Of a stretch of DNA of 64,000 bases, positions 40,087-52,830 are shown one piece after another. Under the pieces are notes generated by a model, which saw nothing but the letters and a program-made list of their open reading frames with translations, was not told the origin of the DNA and did not search any database. The stretch is from Phoronis australis (Eukaryota; Animalia; Phoronida), in NCBI GenBank assembly GCA_002633005.1, contig NMRA01000519.1, forward strand, positions 26,646 to 90,645. Direction: 5' to 3'. Each line of letters begins with the position of its first letter. The stretch's first letter is position 1. The translations under genes were made by a program, and so were the position numbers.

Positions 40087-40888
40087 TTTGATATTTTAGC
40101 TGCAAATTGAAAATGTCTGAGACTAACGTTTCACAGGGATATTTTTTTACATGCACGTGTCCGGCACGTGCATAGCTGAGATGTTCATTTTGTGCATTGT
40201 GCAACAAATGTTGCACGTGCGCGTGAAGGGTATATTAGGCCTACCAGGGAACTAAATCCGGACGAAGACGACAAACTTTGTATTGAAAGTCGGTGAGTTT
40301 AACCAAAAAGCGACTTGTGAATTTATATCACCGCTAAGACATCTGGTAGCTTGGGTCGTCCTTGTCAATTTCTTTGTATTTAGCATGTGCTTGGTTGGTC
40401 GCTTGTTACTTGTTACCCATTTCTATGTGAATGATGTCAAGTGAAAATGTGTTTATTTGATTTACAGACTTTCTGAAGCTTTTTCACTTACCGGTATAGC
40501 CCCCACCACTTTTTCAGAGCTTCGCCAGCCATGGTCTATGGGTGGCACAACACAGGGGTCTAGGGGCTATAGCCCCCACTTTTTTCAGTACTGCGCCGCC
40601 CATGACCCGTAAGAATTAATTTACGACATCATTATTTCCTTTTCGGTCTGTATGTACACGTTGCAAAACTATGACCACACAGACCGATTGATCCTAAACC
40701 ACTGTAAACGACTGTCTTTTACGGCACGCTTTCAAGCTCTACAAACTCCTATACTTATCGTTTGAATTAGAATTCTACCGATTTTGCTCCGACGTCAAAT
40801 CATAGAAACCGTTAACTTTTTCCAAAAGGGGAGATTGGAATTCTCAGAATAACCTAAGAATCTAAGCGGGAGCTGATTCTGATTGCAA
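40087..40888. promoter_or_regulatory. Candidate divergent (bidirectional) promoter / 5'UTR region between FLOT1 and the SLC1A-like gene, with three CACGTG E-boxes
   Basis: About 800 bp separate the two putative start codons. CACGTG occurs at 40154, 40165 and 40214; the first two lie inside the inverted repeat ATGCACGTG-tccgg-CACGTGCAT. Transcription start sites are not observable. Confidence 0.5.
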
Positions 40889-43800
40889 ATGTGGACTTGC
40901 GTGTATTTCCAGACGCAGGAATGCTGCAGGAGAAAGCTCCTCCTCCTCCTGACTATCAGCGGTGTAATTGGTGGCGTGGTTCTTGGACTGTGCCTCCCAT
41001 TGGTCCAACCGAGCGGCGACGTGATCTTATTGGTCAGTTTTCCGGGTGAAATATTCATGCGTGCATTGAAGATGGTCGTGGTTCCCTTGGTTGTCACTAG
41101 CATTGTCTCAGGTAGGCCAAACATGGTCGTCTTAGCTGTTTTGTGCTCCACCGGCAAATCACTTCATTTACTAGCAGCAGAATTGCCCATTAGAACAAAA
41201 ACGCTATCACTGTTGAAACGCCATTTGTACTTTTTATTTCAAACTCGAAATTAACGTGTACGTATGAAATCATATCTAAATTTGAGACTTCAACCTCTTA
41301 AAATCCGTGACATTCAATGAGGTCACTTCAGTCGTCACACATGTGGTTACCCTGTCTTTAACTCTCATCAGTTTTATTTATGCAAAATATCCATTTTGTT
41401 AAGCGTATCGGGTCTTGAAAAGGCTGCACGACCCTTAAGCATATTTGTGCATCAAAACAACTACAAATCTCAGTCACGAGAGCTGGAAGTTCAAAATTAG
41501 GCCAGTTGTTTGCCACATTGTATCCACGTGACCATTGTTAGATGCTTTTGCGACCCCTTATAGATGAAACGTTTTACACTTAGATCCTTGTAAAGTCTTA
41601 ATTAACATAAGTTAGAAGTATGCATGTCTGATATTTTTGTTGGGAAAATATTGATTTTTGAGATTCCTTTGTCTAGATCTTTACTTTATTTTTATAACTT
41701 TCAAGGTCATTGAACGTTAAGGTCTCGTAATAATAATTCATATATTTCCAAATGTTGCCAAAAATGTACATAACAGACACACCTTTATTTTGTCAGAATG
41801 CGAACTCCTGATGCATTCATATATTCATTTGAAAGAAGGTGGCATCATGTCTTGCCGCCGGAACACTTGCTATATTCAGTACTGCTACCGAATATTCCAG
41901 TCACTGAGTGACTGCAGAATGAACTGGCAGTCGCTTTCATCAATCAATAAACGTATAACACACTTGCTAACATCTCGCTGGGAATTTTGTAGAAAAACGG
42001 CTTGATCAGGTAGTAGCAGCATGTTAGCGTAGTAAGGATGTCGAATCTATTGAGGATTCTCATTGGCTGATTAATGTCAGACAAAAATGTGACTTATGTA
42101 TGACATAGAGCAATGGTTGAAATTAATTCAATTTATATCTGATTTCAAATGGTTTATGGATAGCAATTAATGAATTATGTACGATGTTAATAAGACCATT
42201 ATATCATAAATAGTTCTTTATGTCTGTAATAAGTCTGCAGTATATGTGTCTAACATGAGTCTGATTTATGCGTGAAACGAATCCGGATAATGTCTGATGG
42301 CAATAATTTTGTCAGACAAAAATCAAGAATTATGCCGCATAGCACCAACCATACGCGAGTGCCAGCTCTTCGGACTTCGCGTAAGTTCTTACTTCACATC
42401 TACATGTACATGTACAGCTGTAGTGTCGGGGTGTTCAATTGAAACATTCATGCACCCTGCTAAAGGAAAGCTATGAGTAAACTGTCAATTTTGGAAACTA
42501 CGAATTCTACTTTAATCTTGACCTTTATTGCAGAAACTGTGAAGTATTCTTTCGAACCAAACCATGCGACAAAATTAGTACAGTGCATGTACAAAACCAT
42601 TTTGTGACATTAAATAAATCAAAATTCACGATAAGGCTGCATGACGTCACAAAGAGTATTGAGTACAAGAAGGCCTGCGCTTGAGTTTTCTCAAAAACAC
42701 GCTGAAGATGTTTTTCATTTCCAAGTGAATTGAAATAAGTGCTCAGGTTCAGCTGCATGTAATGTGCATGTAGCTGGTATTCTGATTTTCGAAACCTATC
42801 ATCAAACTCAGCAACGAAGAAACTCATTGATCCTGAATTACAAAGTGCCGACTTTGTCGTACGCTATAATTTAATGCGGTCTCGCAAGGCGTCGTGCCTG
42901 CATGCTGCAGCTTACTTTGTTTCGTCCGATCACATTCCGTGGATAGTAATCGCGGCTTAGTGCGTGTGCCTTCTGACATAAAAAGGAAGAAGGTTTACCT
43001 ACAAAGCACGGTGATGTGATCTGGCACTGTGGCAACAGTTAAGGAGATGGCAAACCTTTCCAAACGTTATTTTTCGGGAAGTGTATTAAAAATTCAACGT
43101 ATTGTGTTTAATTTAAAGGTATTACCAAATTCACCCCCGGTTCACTTGGAAAGATCGGTGGTCGTCTGCTGCTGTACTACATATCGACAACAGTCGTCGC
43201 TTCTATACTGGGAATATTTCTAGCCTCGACAATTCGGCCAGGCAGTGGAAACGTAGAAAATACAGAAGATGACGTTCATTGGCTGCATGCGTCCAGTAAA
43301 TTAGGCACCCTCGATGCTTTTGTTGACGTAATCAGGTACTACGAAAATAGGGTACTCAAAGAACAAAAAAGATTTCAACATTTTTTGTCAGTAGATTTCA
43401 ATTTAACCTCGTGAACCGTTGTAGGTACATGTACATGTACGTCTGAAATGAGCAAACATATACCTTATTAGGAATGCCCCATCCCTCATATCCCGATTAT
43501 CTGTCAAAAATCTGCGAGCATGCCTGCGGAAATTGCTTATAACGTTCGGTTGGTTTCTGATTTACTTGTTTATATATCTACGAAAATCGATAGATTTTTG
43601 ACCATTAGAAGTTAACCTTGTAAAAATTGGTAATGTTTCAGTGATTTTAGTAGTAGTTGCTTGAAATTGAAAAACTTTTATCCGATCCGCAAATAGTTGT
43701 AAAGAATACCTACAGCAGGACCCAGTACACTTAGACGATATTTGCCTATCTAAAATAACTCGCAAACATTGATGTAATTCTCAAAAATATACTCACAATT

Positions 43801-46800
43801 CAATTGGTAATAAATACATTACATTTCGACTTAGGTACAAGATTTTTCTTTTTAAATTCACAAACAGGTAATCAAAACATAATTGAGTCATTAAATCATG
43901 GATTCGATTGTTGATTTCTGATCTACATGTTTATGTAACTACGGAAATCGGCTGATCGTAACTGATTTTTTGACAATTAGAGGCGAATCTTTTAATAAAT
44001 GACGAAGCTTCAGTGAACTTAGTTGCAGGCTGACATTGGGAAAATTCAATCTATCGTCAGATCAACTAGTAGCTAAGTACACTAAACTATTTTTGTCTGT
44101 CTGAAATAAGCCTCAAGGATATTGATGAATGTCGGTCGTGTTTAAACGAGATATTTTGAATGAGTCCCAGAGGCACTACATGTATACCAGGGATTTTGCG
44201 ATCTCACCTTTTCAAAAAAAATCTTCTTCCAAGAAGGACCATAAAGAAGTAAAGTATTTCCGAAACTGGATCACAATGAAATGAATCTTGACCTTAGAGC
44301 CAGCGCACGCAGGTGTGTACGAGCAAAACTGTCTGTGTCAGGTCAGTCATGGCAGAGCTGACCGGAAACTAGCTCTAGTTCATCGGGACATTCGTGTTTT
44401 CACACTGTTAGATCTCAGCAGCAGTTACTTGAGGCAGCTCCTCGTTACCCGTCGGTGCACTGGTCCTAAGCCCATTCTTACTCTCCGTGAAACTTTGGTG
44501 TTTCACGGTTTCTTAAATGGCTGCTTCCCCGGGATTGCCCCTCCCCCACCCACAGTAGGGCGGACGTGGGAGATTAGGTACAAATGTGGTTGCAACTGGA
44601 GCACGGGGTGTTGGCGGAGGCAGTGGCGATGAAGGGGGGGAGGATAGTTTGGCCAAGTCGAAATGGGTTGTGCCCCCCATAATTTTTGCTTCTCTACGAG
44701 CCTGTTACAGTATAATAGCACTTACGTGTACAATATACTCACAGAAATCTTACTAGGGTTGAATTTATTTTTTGAGAAATAATTAAGTGGAGGAGTGTGG
44801 TCTTTATACAAGAATTCGATATTATCGTAAGGATAAGAAAGGATCATTCAGCGAGTTTTGTAGCGCACCTTCCAAGCTAATGGTCGTTACACATCTGTCT
44901 AATTTTGCAACAAAACGTGTTTGAATGCAGTGCTGTTATCAGAGTTTCATGCGCTCATGACTAAAATATTGCATGCCCCGAGCCTACGACATTTGGTAAA
45001 ACATACATGTTGAGGGAAACGTCACTAAAGCATTTTACATGTAAGGTCAATGTGTGCATTTTAAGACGAGAAATCTTTAAACAGCTTTAAAAGAGGCAAC
45101 AAAAAATCTTAAACGGTGAATAACTTTTTCTGTGTCGCCTATCCGCTCTACAGTTATTTTTATTGAAGGACATTTAGAAAACGATTTCTATACGTGAAAG
45201 TTGAATTAAGATCTTTGTGATGCAAAATTATCACAGAAGTAGCTTTCACTTTCATTGGAAATTTCCAACACGTTCGATTGTCCGCGTGGAAGGTGTCTTC
45301 AAGGTTTTAAAACATCTTATATAGAATGGTGGTCTCTTTTTCATTTCATTGGTATTTTACTTTAATTTTTGTTCTATCAACGGAATGCGTCTGCATTTAT
45401 TTTGCATGGTAGAGGTATGTTTCCGGAGAATATTTTCGAAGCAACATTTCGGAGCCAGAGAACGTCATACCAGGTGAAAGCAAAGAAACCGGATATGACA
45501 GGCGAAATAATGGACCTAACCAATGATTCCTTGAGGAACAATACGGAAAGAAAACTCCGTGTATTGGAATATAAAAACGGAACTAACACTCTCGGTAAGA
45601 CTACAGGAATCTGTGTGACATGAGAACAGTTGTTAGGTAAACCATTTTGATATTTCTTGAGGGGTTGTATAAATGTATTAAGCTAATGGCAGATATTTCC
45701 AGATTATTAACTCATTGAATAAATAAACACAATATGCCAAATCTACGATTCCCTTGCGGCCTCTCGTCTGCTTAATGTTGAATTTTATTTTGAAATTTTC
45801 GTAATTGCTACCCTCTGAACAACACTTTTACCCTTTCATTATTTATGCCAAATATGTCTCTGGTTGTGCAATTGTTCATGAGATTTCATGCATTTAATGA
45901 TTTCGCTCACACGAGGGAGCTGCGACCAAGTCGGGTACAGGTCATTGGACCATTCATCACGGTATCAACGGAATTTCACCCTGAGTTACTTTAACACAAG
46001 TGAGAACTGTGTCTCGTGACATAGCAGCGTTTTAATGGGGGTTAAGCAGTTCTCTGACATGTATATTGTTCGAAGTACTTTTTGTGTAAGAACAAGTTTA
46101 GACTGTTGAATCAGGATCTAGTAGAATATATCGTACCTCTTTCCCAGCCTCCGAGGACATCAAATACGGTTCACCTGATTTTCTTTCGATTTAAACTGGT
46201 GAATGACTGTCCACGTCACTCAATCATGACTTACACGATTACTAGCTAACAAGTCAAGAATATTGTTCCCATCAAAATATTGTGAATGCATGGGTAATAT
46301 GCTATATTGTCAAGTTTAAAGTCTCCTACCGTTGCAGTGAGTACGTGCACCTTCAGTTGCCAATTTATAGGATACAGTAGGGCTATACTGTATCTAAACT
46401 TCCATTTTTATTGAACAGTAGCCTCCATTGGCTTAATTACAACATTTCTGTGAAATAGACACATACAGATCGTAACTAGGTGCTTGTATTTCATCAACCT
46501 ATTTCCTATTTGTGCACGGTTTTCCACACCTTTGGCCGATTCTAGCAGGGTAGTTCCCCCTGAAGAAATACTCCAGTGCAATGGCTAACATCCGCCCGTG
46601 AGTTACGATTATTTTCGACCTCTTATGTCTTAGTTGCAGGGCCACCACGTGGATTAGAAAGTGAAATTGCCCCATTGACGTGAGCGTTTACGCGAAAGAT
46701 CAGTAGGCGCTGTTGATGTTTCTTAAAAACAAGCAAATACCAAGGAATTTTGAAAACGTTTGCATTTTGTACAGAAATTTTATAAGCGTCTACTCTCGCT

Positions 46801-49800
46801 TCCAGGCCTCATTACCGTTTCCATAGTCATTAGTATTGTGATGATGAAGCTGAAAACGAGACCGGAAACGATAATGCGCATCTTTTGCGAAATGAATGCA
46901 GTCATCATGAGATTAGTTCAACTGATTATGTGGTAAGAGGACAAAGCATTACAATTTATCCATCTACAACTGGTAGTAAAGGGACTGAGGTGTTTTTGTG
47001 AAGATGTAGAAAACAGACAGTGCGTTAAAGCGTCCATTGCAATAACAGAAGTCAAATAAAACGTACGTGCTTGTAATTATGCGAGAAACTACATGTAAAG
47101 TGGTTTTCTGACTAAAATTTCGTTTTCTCTTGTAATATGTACCGGGCGCATTACAGACGTGCCACTTAATAATCTGCCGGAATGCATGGAAGTCCTTGTG
47201 GAGACTGAATGAAATTTTGATTTTAATAAGCGCCTCTTTCAACAAATCCAAGTACGTATATTTTTCATTGTAGGTGTTCTCCCATCGGGATAATGTCTTT
47301 GATAGCAGGCAAGCTGGCGACAGTGTCCGATAAAGCAACCGTTGCTAGGCAACTCGGAGTGTTCATGGCAACTGTGGTTGGAGGTATTGCTGTCCATACT
47401 CTTGTGACCTACAGTGTCTTATACGTGGCGTTAACTCGGAAGAATCCTTTCAAGATTCTTCGTGGATTGAGTCAAGCCTGCTTGACCGCGTTTGCAACCG
47501 CTTCAAGGTAATTTGACAATTATAACTCTGAGGCAATGTGAGGAAAACCGTCATTTTAAGCTTGGAAGAGGCACAGAGACTTGGAGTTTTTCGGACGGTT
47601 GTAAATCACGAGTGTTATTTTGAAGGTGACATGCAAGCAGTGGCGGATTAAGAGGGGTTCCAAGGGGGTCAAGCAACCCTTAAAATTCTCTGAGATTACA
47701 TTAAGCAGTACGGGGTTGCAAATGGCTGAGGCAAATTCCAGGCTAATACTCTGCCCTGCCCCCTCCCTAACTGAAAACCCTGGATCCGCCCATGGCAAGA
47801 TCAATGAAAACAGTTATTTATGAACCCTGATCTCAGTATACAGCTCTCCCACTTGGCCTCTGTAAGTAAACACAGCTTGCCAAAATTTATATAGTCCTGG
47901 CTGAAAAGATTGCTTTATTACCCCATATGGATCAGTGAATGGACAAATCCAAAATGTATGGCTTATTTCAATGAAATTAAAGCTGACTGTATAGGTCGTC
48001 TGAATTACCTAATTGCGCGTGCACACATTCAAAACACTTGGGACACAGTAGTAAAACGTTTACATGTTCTAAGCATTGTGAGGAAGCCGTGCATAAGTAA
48101 AAGGTTCCACCAAAGTAGCCTCAATATAAGCACTGATTAGACGGGCAGTAGAATTGTTTTAAAGTCAAACTTGTTTATTTTATAACTGCCTAGGGTTTTT
48201 GTAATAATAACTTTTGAAATCAGATTAAAAGCATATAACGTGTGCCTCATTTCGTCTAGAATTAATTCCATTGTTGCGTAGATCTGGGCAAAATTCAATT
48301 TCGAAATTTCGACAACGTCCTGCGCCCGATCATTCACAAACACTTACATGTATCGACAAGGTGTTAGGTCAATCGCCACATTAAACGCTTACTAAAATTC
48401 GACAAAAACGCTGCTTCATGATGTCTTCAACTCCCAAGTCCTACACAATACTACATGCACATTTACTTGAGCCTCTGCAGTTACTGAATACAGCATTTTT
48501 GGAATTAGTCTCGTTCTCAAAACACATCATGTTTTGCTAGAAAAAGAAGCAAATGGTATTTGTGATGCTTTGTGTATTGTTCATCGTTGTGGAATTGACC
48601 CCATGCAATCTAGCGCCTTAACTTGAGTGAAGTCGCTAATTTTCTAATTGTTGTTTCCAAAGCACCGTTTCGTCCAATTCTCTAGTGCCGCTACCATCCC
48701 TGCCACACTGCGATGTCTTGAGAACAACCTCTACATAGATCCTCGTGTGACCAGATTTACCATTCCTATTGGGGCCACGGTGAACATGGACGCAACGGCA
48801 CTTTATGAGACAGTGTCTACACTGTTTATTGCACAAATCCACGGGATTTCGCTGGATGTTGGACAGATTATCACCATATGGTATGGAAGAAAATTCACGA
48901 TATGCTCATGGACAGTGGTAGGGCTTAAAGAGATTCAGATCTTCGTTGTTAATGAGATTTCAGCCGCAGCTAGTTCTGGTATTGTACATTGGCTGGATCT
49001 ATTTCCTTTGAATACTAACATAGTCAGACGTGTTCAACACAGAGGGAAGAGCAAATGATATTGGTAACCAGAAGGTGAATTTAGTGAAAACTTGAAAGCA
49101 CTGTTCAAGAACAGTGGTGAAGCACAAATCAAAATTGTTTGGACGGGTCATGGCTTTTTGCAATCATTAGGAGGGCCATGACTCCGAAGCCCCCCTTGGC
49201 ATCGACGGGTGATCGTTGGTGTAGGATTGAGTAAACACAATTCATTTTCAAGTCTTAAAGTAGATTTTGTGGCTTAACGTGGGTTCTTTTCTCGATAATC
49301 ATCGATTAGGTCTCAGTCAAGTTGCTGTTACTACGGTGACCTGAAACACAAATCTTCATGTCTCTTTCAACCCCTCAGTATCGCACTGGTAAAACACCCA
49401 TTACGTACAACCCCGGTAATATAAAAGTATTCTTTATTTTTTTAAAATTTTTAGCAACAGGTAAACTAAAGGCTATTAAATCTCTTTAACTGTATTAATA
49501 TTTTTTTGAGGAACAAGCTCATGAGGGGAACTCTTGAAACAACCTGGTTATTATATTAGAAAAATTAAATAACATACATGTAACACTTTTTTACATACAT
49601 GTAACATCTAATCACTAAAAGACAGTACACTAAACAAAACATAGAAAACCTACTACATGTATTTAGTTAGACATGGCACTTTCTTTTACCAAGAGTTTCG
49701 TTTATGTTTATCGTCGTGACTATTACAAATTAGGCAGCTGTTATATTTCAGCTGTAGCTCCATACTTGCAAGTGTTGGAGCTGCTGCCGTGCCAGGCACA

Positions 49801-51105
49801 GCCATTGTAATGATGATCATGGTGTTAGGGTCGGCAGGACTTCCGGTTGAAAACATCAGCTTGATTTTAACAGTAGATTGGCTAATGTAAGTAATGCCGC
49901 CTTTTCTATAACACTAGTCGAGTGCCCATAAAGCATTGCTTGTCAATGTTTAGGGAAGAAAATCTTTTTGTCGCAGGAAAGATGCTAAACCCAAATTTGG
50001 CTTATCAACGGATACTGTTTAACTTTTTCCTTTTTCACTTTTAAATTTTTGAAATGCATTAATGGAACGGTAAGTTTTTTGAATATAAGATGTTTGAATC
50101 AAATATTAAAAGGGGTTGTGGAATACCTTTCAGCGGCAGCGGTGGCTAACACTTCAGGCGAATATTACGACTTGACACAGCATGCCTAAAAAGCAGCATT
50201 TGATTTAAGATGTACAGCGTCGAGGGAAAGTGTTTTGGCAGAACAATGCTTTCATCCATCAAGGGAGATGACATTGGTGCATCAACGGGCAACAACGCTA
50301 ACTTTATGTAAAATCGGTGCGGTGACGGCTTTGAAAATTATGTTTTTATGCTTTGAGGTGGAAGTCTTTATTTTGTTTCCCTGCAAAAGGTTTTGTTCTC
50401 AATCAGTCATGGGTATATCCTGGGAAAACACACCTCCGCAAACTTGATTTGTTCGGGTGAGGCAAAAAGCAGTCTGGGACTTCAGCTTGACCCACATGTA
50501 ACACATCTGTAGCGAAAGCTGCAATTTTGCAAGTAGCTGGTGTTCAATATGTGTAGTATAACAAATTAACATTAAAGCTTAGCAGTAATCGCGTGACCAT
50601 AGGTCATGAGTCGCCATCGTTGCTTGAGTGTATGTCTTTAATCTACAAAATTGTTTTGCCTTTCGTTAACAACATAACTGCATTTTTCGAAAATTTCAAA
50701 ATCCTAGAGGTATACGCAATGTTGTACAAACTGGGAAGTGTCCAAAGACATATGCTGCTTTAATTGACCTTTGCATAAGTGTTTGTGATTGAGCTACATC
50801 CTTTGACAGCAGCTACCATCCAGTTGGGGTCTATGGTGTAGGATCACGAGTTTCAGTTTTGAACACGACCGGGGGAAACAAAGTCAAGGATTAACGATGA
50901 CACGCTTTTTTGTTTCAGGGGACGGTTTCAAGCCGTTGGCAACATAGTTGGAGACAGCTATGGTGCCGCCATAATTTCACATTTTTCCGGCCACGAACAG
51001 AGGAACACAGGAGATAGAGTTGACGTCAAACAATCAGATGAACCAGAAAAACTGATAGACTTGCATCCCGTCGGCAGACTGATGGGTTCTAACACACTTG
51101 TTTGA
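40889..51105 (+). CDS. SLC1A / EAAT-like (dicarboxylate/amino acid:cation symporter family) transporter with atypical substrate site, 8 coding exons, about 499 aa
   Basis: GT-AG, phase-consistent exons: 40889 (first in-frame ATG; start uncertain, acceptor also at 40912)-41111 ([26 protein letters not shown]), 43119-43335, 45413-45594 ([12 protein letters not shown]), 46806-46932, 47274-47507 ([11 protein letters not shown]...RKNP...TAFATAS), 48686-48880 (SAATIP...[15 protein letters not shown]), 49752-49886 ([10 protein letters not shown]...VDWL), 50919-51105 ([16 protein letters not shown]...NTLV*). The HP1, TM7, HP2 and TM8 signatures of SLC1 are all present. Confidence 0.93.
47638..47794. 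mobile_element. Mini non-autonomous DNA element with 5-bp TSD (same terminal family as 34823-34940)
   Basis: Termini CAGTGGCGGAT...ATCCGCCCATG, flanked by GCAAG on both sides. Confidence 0.75.
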
Positions 51106-51727
51106 TTGAAAGATTTGTTTTTGTGAAAGGGTGTTAGTACACTTGTATATATCAGTACACACTCAATGTACGTAGTAATTATGTATTCAAATCAATCGAG
51201 ACCTAAAAAAGCAACGGAGGCATGAGTGAGTGAGGGAGCGGGCGTGCAAACACCGATATAATATGTGTCTGTACATACATGTATTTACTTCAACCTGCTT
51301 GTAATGCATCATACATGTACCAACAAAGACTCTATCAAATTGTCCAATTTACTTTCAAAACAGAAATGACAAACACATGTCAACATTACGGCGTGTCTTT
51401 AAATGCAGATTCTGCTCTAAATAAATTGGAATTCCAAGCGCTTCTCGAAACACCCGTGGTGGACCACGATTCTCGTGTTGGGGATTGGATTAGGAGAGCC
51501 AAGTAACGGATGCCAGCACTTCTTACTCGTTCTCTGCTGTATGTATTTATTTTTGAGCAGGCTCCATTTTATGTCTTTGCGGTCGGAATCAACACAGTCA
51601 GCAGCGTACAGCACAATCCCCGTGTTGCTGGGAGGTTGGGCCTGTCCCAGCCAAACATGAATACATTTTCCACTATAACGAAAGAAGTTCTGATGTATTA
51701 AACTTGTAAAGCAAGCTCATGATCATG

Positions 51728-52830
51728 GGGTGCAAAAAATTTTGAGCTAGACACTTTAAATTCACACAGCTGACTTAAACATGGAATTGAGTTCCAAATC
51801 CAAAGATTTAGGTCACTTGGTGCAACCATGGGGTCATTAGGTGTATTTTCCTTCTGATATTTGAACTGTTTATGCAACACGTATTCTTATATGACAGCAG
51901 TTAGACAACTCTGATTCTCAGCATTAAAGACAATTTTCATGTACAATAATTCCACTAAAAGGGATGGTAATTCACTGGATAAGGTCAATTAGTGCAGAGG
52001 TCATCTACTTTTCAAAAGGTAACTTCTCCTATAGTTTTCAAGGAATTTTTTTTCAATCTCAGCACACTGCTGTAAACCAACCTGCCAATCAAATTCCTTA
52101 CCTTACTAAGCAATAGGGCCATCCAATCAGAAACAATAGGTCAAGGTAAATGCATGCAAACTAAGATTTTGAGCTGGACATTTCAACTTTACTTATATGT
52201 TTAGTAAAGAATAGAGTTTGATATCTAAAGTTTCAGGTCATTTGGTGCAACAATGGAGTCATTAGGTGCATTTTTCTTCTAAATTTTTTGTCAGTTTATT
52301 CATCTTGTTTTCTAAAGTGCTTAAAGTGAGATATCTATGATTCTTACCACAAACCACATTTTTCATCGAGTTTACAATACTTCCCTCATCAGGGCTCATA
52401 ATGCTCAGCTAAATGTCAATTAGTGCAAAGGTCATCAGATTATTAACTTGTAATTTCTCTTACACTTTTCAAGAATTCTTTAACATATGGCTAAACGGGT
52501 AGTTGCCAATAACTTCCTATAACAATTCCAGTATAACGAACGCCAGAGTCCATTAGTTATTATTCTTATTCTTCTTCCGACCAAAGTTACGCTTAATAAC
52601 TCCAAGATGCGTGCAGGTATCTTTTTAAATTAAACATATTTTTAGCAATACATATATTTTGATTCAATATGAAATCTTATTCCTTAATCCACCGGAAGAG
52701 GTCATTTGGTGCAAAGGTCATCTCACTTTAAAATGCTAATCCTTCACTTTGAATGGTATTTTTTTAAATTCGCCGCTCAGGTACGCTGTGTAAGTCAACA
52801 AGTCAATTTAAAAATTACTTCTCAAGTTCT
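51728..52830 (+). mobile_element. Second, circularly permuted copy of the HINE-like element
   Basis: 51730-52555 aligns to 55450-56280 and is followed directly by 52560-52830, which aligns to 55140-55405. Confidence 0.75.

Noticed and set aside
40795-41157. 120-aa minus-strand ORF
   Set aside because: Antisense shadow of the first SLC1 coding exon.
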